NCBI RefSeq assembly: GCF_902652985.1
Contig: NC_047021.1
Span: 26,164,001 to 26,228,000 of the forward strand
Direction of reading: 5' to 3'
DNA from: Pecten maximus
Lineage: Eukaryota
Length of the DNA stretch: 64,000 bases
Position numbers and translations under genes: made by a program. The notes beneath the pieces were generated by a model, which was not told where the DNA came from, did no database searches, and worked only from the letters and a program-made list of their open reading frames with translations. This document shows, piece after piece, positions 1 to 13,591 of this stretch; the stretch's first letter is position 1; each line of letters begins with the position of its first letter.

Positions 1-3000
1 GATTAAGGATCTAGTGAGATTATCATGCCAATTGGATATTTTAAGGCATCATTAACTGCATGCCAACTCATATCCATTACCCAACTATCTCGTAAACATG
101 TCCGGGAATTAACGGAACTCCTCACAAGCCGGAAATGTTCACATGACTGTGAGGAAATTAAAGTAACTAAAGAAAAATTAACACGTAGCGTGTATCAAAA
201 CGATATATGAAGTTCGGACATACTTTGCACACCGCATGTACTTCAGAAACGGAGATATATAATGACAACTGAAGTTCATTCAAGGTTTAAACAATTCTTA
301 AGTATATTTTTCTAATGCAGCTGTATATTGGTAACGCTGAGATGAAAGGGGAAAATTGTCTTTTACATCAAACAGACACACCCCTCTTGAAATAAAACAC
401 TCAAGGAACTAATATAAACATAAAGACAATTTTCATTAGCCTATACTGGCACTTCTATTAAACAATGTGATAGATAGTTACGTTATGTTTTTTTATCATT
501 TCAAAAGTCCAACACGATATATTATTTCTATCACTTATGCAATGACTTCAAAATTGTTGATAAACAAGTGTTAAATAAGTATCATAATTGTGTTAATGTA
601 TTCCTGTATGCAACACTGCCACCTCACATTTGTACTTTTATATAATTCATACAAATAAATCAAATTGGATTTTACTGGTCCATACAAACATTAACTATAG
701 ATACGTACCATATGTATGGTTTAAATGACATTGGTGAGAAGTAGACATAACTCGTTTTTAACGTATAACAGACTCTACATCTGTACAACTCGATGCTTTG
801 AAGGGGAAATAGAAATTCCTTTTTCTTACTCCTAAATGATACGACTCACTTTATCTAAACATACTTTAACTACATTTTAAAAAGTTAATTGCATGTACAT
901 GTCAATAACTCAATAATTCTACATTTGATTTCCCAAGAGATGCAGTTTTTTCACCGGGGCTAATTTAGCTAGGGAATTTTTCGTGCTGATTGAGACTTTC
1001 TACAAAAAGATTCCTATTAGATGTCGGGTAATTTAAGAGTCATGATGCGAATTCGAATTCAATGGTTATGTTTTAGTCAGAAAGAGGCGTTCCTTCATTT
1101 CGCCAGACCTGAAGACTCTTTTTCTGGGTTCCATCTTTCATAGTGAGAAGTTAGGTATTTTATGTATTCAATCACGGAAGCTTAATGACTTCACCTTTTG
1201 TTTATACCTGAATGGGATGTTTACTTATTATCTCGCTACCACATGTAATGATGGCAACATGGATGTTGTGTTTAGTGTATAGTTCTTAAATCACGCGGCT
1301 AATGACAGTTTGCGGTTGTCCGTTCCCGAGTATTTACTTTCTAACAACCACGCCTTGTATACATTCTGTAGTTAACACTTCCGTATGTTTGCACATATAT
1401 ATGTAAACAGTCGCTGGATATTTATTTTAGCGCTATATTATATGACCGCGGATATAGCGAAACTGTATCCCCGCGAAAATGACCAACTATACAGTACCTG
1501 TTCACGGTTGCTAGATGCTGACTGACGTTAACGTTGCCTGCTGTTTTATGTGTTAAGACGAGTTCATCTTCTCGGATCTACGTGTCATGGTGCAGATGTC
1601 GATATTGTTAAAACCAGTTTTATATTTTACGAAACACGTCTTACCGTCCAGAAGTATTAACGTATTAAACAGTAGAACTTTAAATAACGACAGTAACATG
1701 TTTCCATTCACACTACAAAAATCGTAATCACTACGGCAACAAACAAGTAGAGTCAATAATGTTATATTCTTACGTAAACATCCACTCAAATTGTAATGCA
1801 GACCTGATTGAAATTTTATCTGATTTTCAGATTGATGGAATTTTGTACCGATCTGTCTGAAGACGCTATTTATCACTAGGTTGAGTGACGTCAGCGGAGA
1901 TTTGTTTGTTCGAGTTACTGCTAAGAGCGCATTTATAGTAGCAACACAACCCAAACAAACAAACGTTTCTACTGGTTTAACACTAGAATTGATTTCACAT
2001 CAACTGTTGATTTTGTTATGGCAATGGATATAAATCTTGATTAGCAATTACATCGACTGTTAATTGGTCCCTGAACAGTAATGAATAAAAAATTGTTTCC
2101 GATTCCTGATCGTCAAGACCAAAAACATATTCCCACAGCGATGTTAGATTGGTACCGGTATTGGTGTCAATAATAAACATGGAAAGAGAAAATCAATAAC
2201 TATACTGGATAAACAAAACATATCTGCCTTGATTTTAACCTGGTTTTTTTTGTGTGTGTATTTTCATATATGAGATTATTCTGAGGTATCAATGCAGATT
2301 TATATTTTTGTTTATATTTAAATTTGCCACTGTTTTTATTTAGAGACAAAATTTGTTTTGAAACTGTGAAACGTTATATTTCGTTCGATAGTTAACAGAA
2401 CAATAAAAAAAGTCTTTAATCTGACAACTCAACTCGTATGCAACATTCATTTCACTTTAAATACTTGTGATTGGACACGAGATTCAGTACGGAGGTCACA
2501 ACATATCAGTCGTTCGATTGCCGAGTTACCTAGCTCTCCCCAGACCCCAGTGCATACAAGTAAGAAGAACCGGCTATTTTTAATCAAATACGAGTACATG
2601 TACATAGACATTCGATATACTGTACATTTATATGTTTATCTACAGTACTATAGAATATAAACAGTTCTATCGTAGTGTATAACTGTCACCTTTACCGGGT
2701 ACATCGTACATGTGTTTACAATCATTAATGAAGGTCATTGTTATTCTTAACGTCCGACATGTATTCGATCGGAATAGGCCTCGGCTGACCTCCCGATCAT
2801 ACTGTTTTTCTACTCTTTTTATTCGCAATTTCTTCAGTAGAGATGCAACTTGTTATTTCCGACAGCAGTGTAATGATTAGATCAGTTTATGATTGGGAGT
2901 TGCCCGTTTGATAATTTAGGTTATCTGATTTTTTTCTCCAGTTTTAAAGGACAGTTTCTCCGATATATTTACATTCCGTTGTAAACAGGAAACGTACACA

Positions 3001-5717
3001 GGACAGATTATTCTTTCATGTAAATTCAAAAGAAATTATTATCAAGGTTCGGCACGTGCAGGACTAGTAATCATTTTTGCAAACGAGGCGTTTCAGACTT
3101 GATGAGATATTTTATGTGGGATCCAAGCGAAGTAGTGATATGAACCAAGAGCACGATTACCATGAACATGCCATACTGAAGCCTGGTAAAAATGTTGTTG
3201 TCACTCAGGTCACCAAGGAGTTCCGTAGGAAGACGCTATTCCGAGACATTGTAATGTCCTAATTTGATTTCATTCTGTATCAGTAACATTCCGACAGTAT
3301 AGCTGTAAAAACGGTTAATGGACCTTTGTCATGCTATATATGATAGAATACTGGTCCTCTTGAGAAAGGCCCGGTATGTAGTTGTCGCCTAAGGTAGACA
3401 GTGTACCAGTTTTAATACAGATACATTGCAATGATTGTCCCTCACCAACAAGGTTATCTAATGCAATACATTATAGGCCAGACTTTCCTTCTAACTAAAA
3501 TGTCGACACGCGATGTCTGTACTTACAATGACACTGGCAATGTATAATGGCTGCAGTCCGTAGAGAAGTAACTAAATCACTCAATTTGTACCGTCTTTTT
3601 TATTATTATTTTCTGTTTTTGATTTACTTTGTTTTCAGTCTTGTCTGACCTCAGTACACTTGTGATAGTAAATTCCGTGAGTTTGATTAAGAAAACATGC
3701 ATGCCTACTTACATTAGTGGTAATGCATTTGCAGAATTTACGCCATACTGCCTGTACAAGATAATTTCGAAGGAAATATGTTGTTTACGAGATGATCCGC
3801 TGCAATATTCCGAAAAGCAAATTGAAAAAGACACGAAAGAAGATATCAAAGAATTCGATACTTCAGATCTATAGTATGATACAAGTAGATTAGAGACTGC
3901 TTATCTGCGGAGAAATTAGAAACCGCATATATAGCTATATATCTATAAATTAGCGACCACGTATCTTTGTGCTAATTAAATATTATAATTCCATCGATTT
4001 CCAATACCACATATTTATATACAGATGGTCATATCACATACAGTGTATGTACAAATTAGAGGCCGCATACATATGTAGAAATTATACATCATATATCTAT
4101 TTGAAAATCATAACCCGCAAATTTATCTTCAAATGAGATACCATAGATGCATATATCTATAAATCAGAGGCAGTAAATTTATACGGATTAGAAACCTCGT
4201 AACTACGTACTTATTAGAGCCCACGTGCTTATTTACAAATTTTAGACAATAAATCAAAGCTTGAGCGTACATTATGTACCGGTATTTGTACATCCGCGTA
4301 TTGATACGAAAACGATTCCGATTTGTAGTTGTAAATATTGACACGAAATTAAGCAGTTAAACGATCGGACTAGTCAATGGTTCCATCTTTCTGTGACATC
4401 GCGTTACTTTCTCAACAAACACATGTAATAATAGGATAGTTAATGTTGTTCTACTCGACATATCGACTGTTATATTACATATGTACTTGTTCAGCAAGTT
4501 GTTAGTGATACAATGAATAAGCCTACATATACTTATTAATATGTTTTGAGAAAGGTCAGCATGTCCTCTTCCATAACATACAATGTAACAAGCAAAATTA
4601 AAAACATTTCAAAACGACAGATTACAACGTGCATTTTGTTACTCTTTCGTATACGTGTAACCAAGACTCCTTCAGCTTAGCCTTTACCCTATTATATTAA
4701 TAGTAATTGTCAGTATAGACATTTTTCTTTGATGTTTTTCGTGATCAATGCTATTAACAAGTATCAACTGCTGACATGGCCGTTGGCATTGTTATTACTG
4801 CTACTATGGTGTCTCTCCGTGTGTCAGTCAGTCAGGTAACGTACAGAGGTCTTCTCATAACCTCCAATAGCTTTGTGGGATGTTCTGCTATTCGGAATAG
4901 CTACTGACTCTCTACGGAGAGTTCTAAATGACTGGTGTTTTTTTTGGGTTTTTTTTAAACAAAACGTTTTAAAGTTTGCCTGCTTGTAGTAAATCAATAT
5001 TATTTTTCTACAAATCAAGTTAAACTATGTTTGACGTCTGGTATTATTAACATTTAAAATTTGCGATCATGCAACAAATGAATTATTTAGAGTTGCAGGT
5101 ACATTTGTTTCCGTTTTAACTGACAATGCCTCTTTCCTCGTGAAACAGAAAGTTCTCGGTTCTGACACAACAGAGATGGGACAGCTAATGCTCTTTACCA
5201 CTTTGGACTCCAGGGGGAGGGTATTGATTAATGATTTAAGGGGATGGTGATCTTAACATTGGTTTATGCTAGAAAAGAAAAAATATGTTGACAGAGCATT
5301 CGCTATGACTTGAACGTTGACTTGAGATGGGCGTGTGCCTCGGCAATGTTATTGTATGTAATATAAATTTTAAAAGGATTCAAGTCTGCTGCCGAGAAAG
5401 AAGCTCAATCCCATCAGCAAGTTAAAAGCTTAAACATGATAAAACTGAATTATAAATGAGAACAGTATCTTTGCGGCGCAGCAATAATAGGTGCTTGTTT
5501 TGGCACTAGAAATATTTTTATGTCTTTACATCTACCAACCGTTGCATGTATAACGATTTTGGGGGCAGTTTTGCCATCAGAATGTTGAAGACGTCCCTTC
5601 CCATAGAGACCGATGACAACACTGTACTCAATGTTGTGCTTGGTTACACGTAGCAATGTTATTATTATAATAGCTTATCATTGTGTGTGTTGGCAGGGTG
5701 ATAACTAGTCAAACAAA

Positions 5718-8700
5718 ATGGATAACTATACAACAACGATGGAAGCCCCGACTGCCATCCATTCTGATCAGATATGGGGCCGCCACCAGTTCCTTCAGGA
5801 GAGCCCTGGACTTGCTATTCCTTGTATCATTGTCCTCACATTTGCTTCCATCGTCGGAACTTTCGGAAACGTTCTAGTGATCGTCGCAGTATCAACGCAG
5901 AAGTCACTAAAGAATAGGGAGTCTATCTTCATCGTCAACTTGGCTATATCTGATCTATATATCACTACGGTAGCTGACCCTATGGGTATAGTAGGTAAGT
6001 AACTCGTGTAATCATTAGCTAAATCAGTCGTTGTTCAGGATTTACAAATGTACAAGTTAGTTTACTACAGTCCATTTGGGAATCAAGAATCGATAGCTGA
6101 CCATTTATACTTGCAATTTTGTCCTAACAGTGGTGTATGTATACAGCATGTAATTAATTTAGCTTCTAGTGACAAAGATCCTTGTGGTAACAAAGGGTTA
6201 CAGTGTGTAAGGTGTCTAGTTAATAATGATTTAGACCATGTGGTGGCCGTTAGATACAATGTATAAGGTGTCTAGTTAATAATGATTTAGACCATGTGGT
6301 GGCCGTTAGATACAATGTATAAGGTGTCTAGTTAATCATGATTTAGACCATGTGGTGGCCGTTAGATACAATGTATAAGGTGTCTAGTTAATCATGATTT
6401 AGACCATGTGGTGGCCATTAGATACAATGTATAAGGTGTCTAGTTAATCATGATTTAGACCATGTGGTGGCCGTTAGATACAATGTATAAGGTGTCTAGT
6501 TAATCATGATTTAGACCATGTAGTAGTTATGACCTTAGTCGTGTGTTATTCTATAAATACAATATTTAAGGTGTCTAGTTTCTCTGATGGTATCCTATCG
6601 ATACAATGTGTTTATCTATATTTTGTACGTGACTCTAGTCCGCGTTGCATCCTACGGTAACCTATGGATACAATGTACTGGCATTGGTCTAATTCCTCGT
6701 GAGAATATTCCTAGTGACATCTTGTGGTATCCTATAGATACAATAAATTGTCTTGTTTTTGTGACTGTATTCCGTGTGGCATTTTATGGTATCCTATAGA
6801 TACAATGTATTTACGTAGTTTCACATGACTATAGTTCTTGTAACATCCTATGGATAGAATGTGTAAGGTGTCTATTTTCTCGTGGGTATATAGCCCCATA
6901 AAGCCCCTTATTGTCTATGTAAACAATGTGTCAGGTTCCTAGGTACCAAATTCTCTGTGTTAACCGCAGGAGGTATGACTTGATCCCCGTGACTGCCATA
7001 AGATGTTCGTCCTTTTTGCATCATTTTTTACTGTTGCTAATTTCTCAACTTTCAATTGATGAAACCAGCTGAACCATCGACCTACAACTACCATTCTTAA
7101 ATAAAAAAAGTCGAGCCGTTTCCATTAGTAACTGTCGTACAGCTAACCTAAAATCGATCTCTGCCACCGTTATTCTATTAATTAAAATAAAATATATCGT
7201 TGTTATGATCAATTGACTCCGTCATTTGACTATTTCCGTATATGACAGAACACTAGGAACCCGTATGATACTAATAAGTTTACGGGTTATCGGATTGGGT
7301 CGAGAAGCTTGGTGCTTGTGATCGTAAAGCTGAAGTTCAGGTGGAACCTATAATGTATACACAGTCATTTTGATGAGGCTATAAACCTTCAGAGAAAATT
7401 GCTTTTTTTATTGGAAATTATGTGTGTACAGTTGATGAACCTTTTACGACCTGCATGTAATGGCTGGGGAATAATAAACTGTGACACAGATAAATAATGA
7501 AACGCCGGTTTTAGTAATTGTATATGTGTTAATATGGACACTGGAACGATATGACATGCACCATATTAAACCGAAACTTGTAAAGAAAAATCAACACAGC
7601 TTTCACCGACGAATGTAATAGTGATCATTTAAATGATAATCATCATAAAGTCATTAAAAACCAATGTAATGTGATATCAGAGGTGTTTAATGTTCATTAA
7701 AATGCTTCTGATTGATTTTAGATAATGATCTCATTTTGACCTAGATATACATGGATACTCTCGGCGATAAACCAGGAGATGATTGGCCTTCCGAAACACA
7801 CGGTTTTATCTTATTGATATATATTTATTTAATGATCCTAGAGTAAATCCTTTGTTTGTTTGTTTATTTACAAGCCCGTATTTTTTCGTTTTCCCAAATA
7901 TAGACTTTAAAAAAAGATATGACATATTTACTTGTTTATAAGATTATTATATAAATAATAGATAGCTGAATGAACAACTATGTACTAATTGATTTTACAT
8001 ACGTTTATGTAAATATTGTGGTAATACAGTGAAAATCATCGATTTTTATGTATGAATGTTATAATATCTAGAGATACGGATTCTCTGACGATTAATTATA
8101 TCGCTGCAGTGAAAAATTGTAAATAAAGGGAAACCCTAGGTTTATGTTCTTGTATTAAAAATGTCTCTTCTTTATTCAAAGTCATATTTATGCGACTACT
8201 TTATGTGTTAATAGAGAAGAACATCAAGTTCAAACTATCATATAAATCCCATAATACAGGTTAGTCACATAGATAAATCGGCTGGCATACTAGCAGCTGT
8301 GTATGTTGTGTATGACAAATCTTATACCAGAAGGAACAATCTTCCCTATTTTGAAAAATGATTTTGATCTCAAACGACCAATTCAATTCAGGCATTTTTG
8401 TTCTCTTATCTTTTTAATGCTCCAAGGCCAGCTTTGTTGGATGACGGCCAGTGTTAAGGCCTTGGGTTCCGTCTCCTTACCAATATTGTCCTCGCACAGG
8501 AGGGTTCTTACTCTCTGTAATCTTAAATTTAACATTCTTCAATCAATCACATTTGCTCATTGGATTTTCATAACTATCATACACCCATTGGCATAAAGTA
8601 AGCATCATTATTATGTATATTGTATCCATAATCATATCGTACACATCATTAATTGATTAATCCATTCATTTATATGCTGGACTGGTTGTGGTAGTTTGGT

Positions 8701-11184
8701 TATGGGTGGTTACATTAGGTTACAGTGACACTTTCATAAAGCGAGACTGTTGTGTATTTGTTTCATCTAGACGATCTGTTTATCTATTTGTATTCAATTG
8801 CAGATTTAACAAGCATTTTCGAGAGTATTGATAAAGCAACACATGTCTCATACAGGCCCCCGCTAAACCAGTAACATTGACCTTGAAACCTGAAACTCGA
8901 AGTTGATATGTAGCTTCTCATACTGAAGTGTCATGCCAACTTTCATCAACATTATTTGAAGCATTGTCGAGAAAATTGTAGAAAACTGAGGGGGCCGACA
9001 GACGGACGGACGGGGAGGACACCTATAGTCCCCCGGTTTCACCGGTAGGGGACTAAAAACATCATATCAAGCTGATTTTGGCAGATTTATGAACCTTATT
9101 TATTTACTCTCTAGATTCTGTACAAATGTAGGCGACAGGTGTTATGTAATTGGTGAAAAAGAATGTATGAATTTTTGACAAGAATACATACGTTTAAATT
9201 ATATCTTTATATCCATCAGAACTTATTAGCTGTGCAAGTATATGAATGCTAATTCTCTATTTTATATTTATACAGCTACATTTTTTTTTTTATATAATAT
9301 TGATTATTAGATGCTTCTGATATATCTTTATCAGTAATTGATAAAATGTATACACCGAAGATAAACCTACATTCCTGCTATCGAAACTATATATACATAT
9401 ATAGGGGATGTAGCTCAGTGGTAGAGCGTTCGCTTCGCATGTGAAAGGCCCCGGGTTCAATCCCCGGCATCTCCACAATTTTTACCAATTATTTTACCCA
9501 TGCTTAATTACATGTTTTATTCTGGATGCAATATATCACCCAAAAACATCATATCCACTAGTAGTGTTTGTATGTTTCATTACAGTATGCACGTATTTTA
9601 CTTCCTTCCGAAAGTACATTTGGAAAAAATTATATAATGCTCTCACTATAATGAAGGCGTATCTAACTATGTAGTTCTATAATCATTCAGACGATGGCGG
9701 ATATTAACCAACAATCCAGATGTCATCCGTGTTCATATCATTTTGTTATAATGTTCTTCGTCACGTAACGGTATCATGAATAGGATTTCAATGACGTAAT
9801 CAGTTATCACGTGCTGAAGATGAATTTCATTCTTTCTGGTTTTGAATTAAAAAACAAATGAGAACAAAATCAACTGAACATTGCATAGTTTGGACACTTA
9901 AAACTGTTCAAATGGAATACATGTATAGATCTGCTCTTAAGTATTTTTTCTATTCGATTGTCGATCCCAATACTTAAGAATTAACGTGATTTATTTTGTA
10001 ATTTATGTTCAAGAGATGTATGATGAAAGTGCACACGTATTTTTGTATGATAGTTTCATAACTTATATCTATAAACCAATCCTTATAATTTGATCTGCTG
10101 TACATAATCCCTGTGGAAATACACATTATTAATGGACTTTGTTCTCTTAAAAATCATTACACCACTGTATCAGCCAACCAACACCGACATTAGAAACGGC
10201 GATGTTATTTTTATGGGCTTTTTTTTTACCAAGCTAATGAAAATGCATATTACATGCAAGATTGAATTATATATATATTTATAATCATTTAGAGATGTTA
10301 CAATTTCGTTAATAATAGGCCTTGTAATTTCAGCTAAACTCGAAGGCGAGCAGTTCTTCGATCGTGTTCCAGGACTGTGTCGAACGATAGCCTCCATATG
10401 TACTGTTTCCTGTATCGTGTCCCTGGGCTCCATCGCCTGCCTCAGCTTTAACAGGTACATCCACATATGCCATAACCGTCACTACAACCGGATCTTCACC
10501 GGCCGGAATTGCATCATCATATGTGGCGCCCTCTATATGGTCGGTATCACACTGGTGCTTCTTAATCTGGCTGGAATAGGCGACCACAGCTTCGACCGTA
10601 AGAGTTTAGAATGTATCTGGGATAGGATGGCTACCTTCCCCTATACCGTCGTTTTTTCAGTGACTCTTGTCTGGGTGCCAGTTATTGTGACAGGAATTTC
10701 CTATATCAGTTTGTATATATATGTTTTAAAAAGTCAGAAACGCATTCAACAACATTCACAACTTTCTGCCACTATGATATCAGCCTCTGATATCACGGAT
10801 GCTGAAAAAAACGAAAGACGACAAAAACCAAACCACCAGGACCACCTATCAATTCCATCATTATTACAAAGAAAAGCCGTTCGGAAGTCCCTCCACCTCG
10901 CTCGGACTATCTTTGTGGTGTACGCTGTGTTTTCGACTTGCTGGATACCCTTCGCTATATTGATGGTTGTAGACACCCATAACACTTTCTCCCATGCCAT
11001 CCATCTGTATATCACAGTTTTTGCACATCTCCATCCCTCACTTAACTGGCTTGTGTATTACATTACCAACAAGAAATTTGCAGTTGCCTTCGACAAATTG
11101 GTGTTTATGAAAAGATGGGTGCCCCGATTGAGACCAGCCGAGCTCTCACAACATAGTACAATGGCCCACCAACGAGAAACATAA
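5718..11184 (+). CDS. Melatonin-receptor-like class A (rhodopsin-family) GPCR, 2 coding exons (5718-5994, 10334-11184), ~375 aa
   Basis: TM1 GTFGNVLVI, TM2 FIVNLAISDL, TM3 NRYIHICH (NRY as in melatonin receptors), TM6 CWIP, TM7 LNWLVY. Donor G|GTAAGT at 5995 and acceptor TTTCAG| at 10333 join in phase 1 to give 1128 nt. AATAAA at 11561. Confidence 0.9.
6208..6522. repeat. 56-bp minisatellite, ~5.5 copies (degenerate tail to ~6930), in GPCR intron
   Basis: Unit GTATAAGGTGTCTAGTTAATCATGATTTAGACCATGTGGTGGCCGTTAGATACAAT recurs with 56-nt period. Confidence 0.9.
8808..9059 (+). mobile_element. Non-autonomous Helentron/HINE (DINE-1-like) element
   Basis: Starts AACAAG, contains TGACCTTGA, a (GACG/GACA)n microsatellite (8997-9012), and a 3' stem-loop TAGTCCCCCGGTTTCACCGGTAGGGGACTA followed by an A-run; this is the layout of bivalve HINEs. 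Confidence 0.65.
9404..9475 (+). tRNA. tRNA-Ala(CGC), nested in GPCR intron
   Basis: 72-nt cloverleaf: acceptor GGGGATG/CATCTCC with G3:U70 alanine identity pair, D arm GCTC/GAGC, anticodon arm TTCGC-TT CGC AT-GTGAA, T arm CCGGG-TTCAATC-CCCGG. T6 Pol III terminator at 9479-9484; TA-rich upstream. Confidence 0.95.
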
Positions 11185-12892
11185 ACTGTAACATCGAAAT
11201 AATGTGTATATCCATAACATATCAATTATATATTACGCTAGCAAACCTGAACAGGAGAAATAGGTAGTTTTTCAGAGACATTGCATTGCGTCGACAATCA
11301 CAGCCGTGGACATAGGATTGACAAAGGTACTCCACCATGGTATAGCTACAACGACACAAGCTTCTTAACTCCCCTTCATCCATAGCTTGTTGTACAGTGT
11401 ATACAAACGAATATACTACGAACAAAACCCTTCCTACCTTATGTTTTGTAAATCACACCGACGTTTGTATGTTATGATAGCTTGCTAACATACACAAGAT
11501 CATGATTATACTGTCAAAACTACGAGGCTATCCAACAAAATTGGCATTTGATAATGACAAAATAAACATGTTGACATGTCTCATGTTTATTATTGAGCAA
11601 CTTCATTAATGTACATTTACATGTATTCAACATGCATGAATACAAGGTTTTATCTTACTTCTATGCCGGACAGGAGTTGTGTTTTCCAGCTAGAACCTCG
11701 CCTAAGTTAAGGTTGTCGGTAAAGTTCTAAGAACTTCAGTTTCATGGAGAATGTAATTCTCCATACTTTCTTTAAAAAACTGTATTAACGATCGATAAAT
11801 GATTATGTTTTTAGAAACATAATTTGCTTTCTGTTACGTTTGTACATTCCTATGCTAGCGTCAAGCAAATTATAATTATAAAAGTAATTTTTCTTCACGA
11901 ACATTAGTTTGGTTTAGGAAAGTGTACTGATATATCTATGATGACAGTATATTCTGCATGCGCTAGTAAATGTCTCTGGGCTGACATCGGTCAGGATTCC
12001 TCTACCCGACTGATTTGTATCGACATAACCAAGTTGTTTATTTGATATGTATTCCCCCGAGTAATGATACAATGTAATAAACAAAGTATTTGTGCCGCCA
12101 GCTCTGTTAGGCAGTGCAAGATCTAGTCTGTGTAAACTGATTTATGTAATTTGAGCGAGCTGTTTTATTTAATTAATTTGTGCTATTTATGGTTTACACC
12201 AAATTTGAATACCAGCAAACAAGATGGACATTTTAATCACAAAGAGTGCAGAATAATTAAATAAGAAGACAGCCAAAGGGAAGAACGTCAAGGAACGTAA
12301 TGTGAAGTCCCCTCAGAAAACAGAATTGTTTTCGTAATAGGTCACTTATTCTAAATATATCTAATTGAAACTGATGATAATTGGAAAGATATATTGGGGA
12401 ATATGATCCAAGTTTGATCACATTCTCCAAACTTTTAAAAGATATTATGTGAAAGGATATATACCCTTGGGAAATATGTTATCATCAACTACATTTTGTA
12501 TAATGAAAATTTTATTAAAGAAGACACACATGGGAAATATGTTGTCCTAAACCTACTGAAAATATTATGGAGGGTGAACCACTAAATGGATTATCGAGTT
12601 AATATGAGTAGTTATATTGCCTATAGTAACAGCGATAAGTTTCCCCAGGATCCCAATAACGACCCAGTAACGTTGTCCGCCCGGATGTGTGTGGCCTTAA
12701 TTTATCACACCCGACTGTAGTAAAATGTAAACAATAAATCAAATTGTCCAGTTATCAAATATAATCATGTAGTCCAACATGTGGTGAACAATTATCATTA
12801 AAAGGGCTGTCCAACAACTAGTTTAATATGCATGATACGCGTGATTTCAACAACCTCAAATGGACATAGTATATAATACGTGATGCCAAACA

Positions 12893-13012
12893 CAGGGGAC
12901 TTGGCACGATTTTCCAAATGATGGTCCATATATATATGTATGATAGTGTCTGACAGACACTATAATACATATATATATGGACCATCATTTGGAAAATCGT
13001 GCCAAGCCCATG
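12893..13012. mobile_element. Foldback MITE-like palindrome flanked by a 12-bp direct repeat
   Basis: Arms 12900-12952 and 12954-13006 are reverse complements (one mismatch, 1-nt loop); TGATGCCAAACA lies at 12881-12892 and 13013-13024. Confidence 0.75.
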
Positions 13013-13591
13013 TGATGCCAAACAACATATAAACTCGCCACAATAACACTATGGGCCTCATATTGTAAGTATGGTGTCCAGAAATATGTGAAATATAAAT
13101 CAAATGATAGCGCTCTTAAATACCATATTTTGAGATAACAACACACAATAACATTTTCATAAATTCTTTTTAATGAACATATTTAGAGGTATCGATGACT
13201 ATCAGTAGCGCAATATAAAGCAAAATATCGTCTTGTTTTTACCATCCATTGATATGTTTATCATATCAGTGGCCATCATCTTAATGCTATTTTGATCCTT
13301 ATTATCCAATGATGCTCCCTTTATTGATTGTCATGCACGTCTCATGTGGAATGGCACTTTCAACTTATAGCACTCCAATAACTTCTACACGACCCTCTTA
13401 ACGATGTAATCCATAAACAGTTTTTAGTTAATATTGGTTTGGCACATTAGAACAGATCAGGACATTACACAATATTCACCTGACTGTAAATTAAAATCCC
13501 CTTGTCTCTACGAATGTTAAGGATAGACATGGGCCATTATCACCCGTACTTCAACTCAAGGGCTTCGAGGAAAACGATCGATCATCCAGCA

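Noticed and set aside
1365-1497. Possible degenerate MITE ending CCGCGAAAAT...TACAGTA
   Set aside because: No convincing matching left terminal repeat or second copy in the window
1553-1954. 133-aa ORF on - strand
   Set aside because: Non-ATG start, no recognisable motif or splice partners
3880-4300. Loose ~30-bp periodicity (TATAAATTAGA..CCGCAT)
   Set aside because: Too degenerate to define unit or boundaries by eye
9290-9674. Short ORFs overlapping the tRNA
   Set aside because: Incidental translations of the tRNA-Ala gene and flanks
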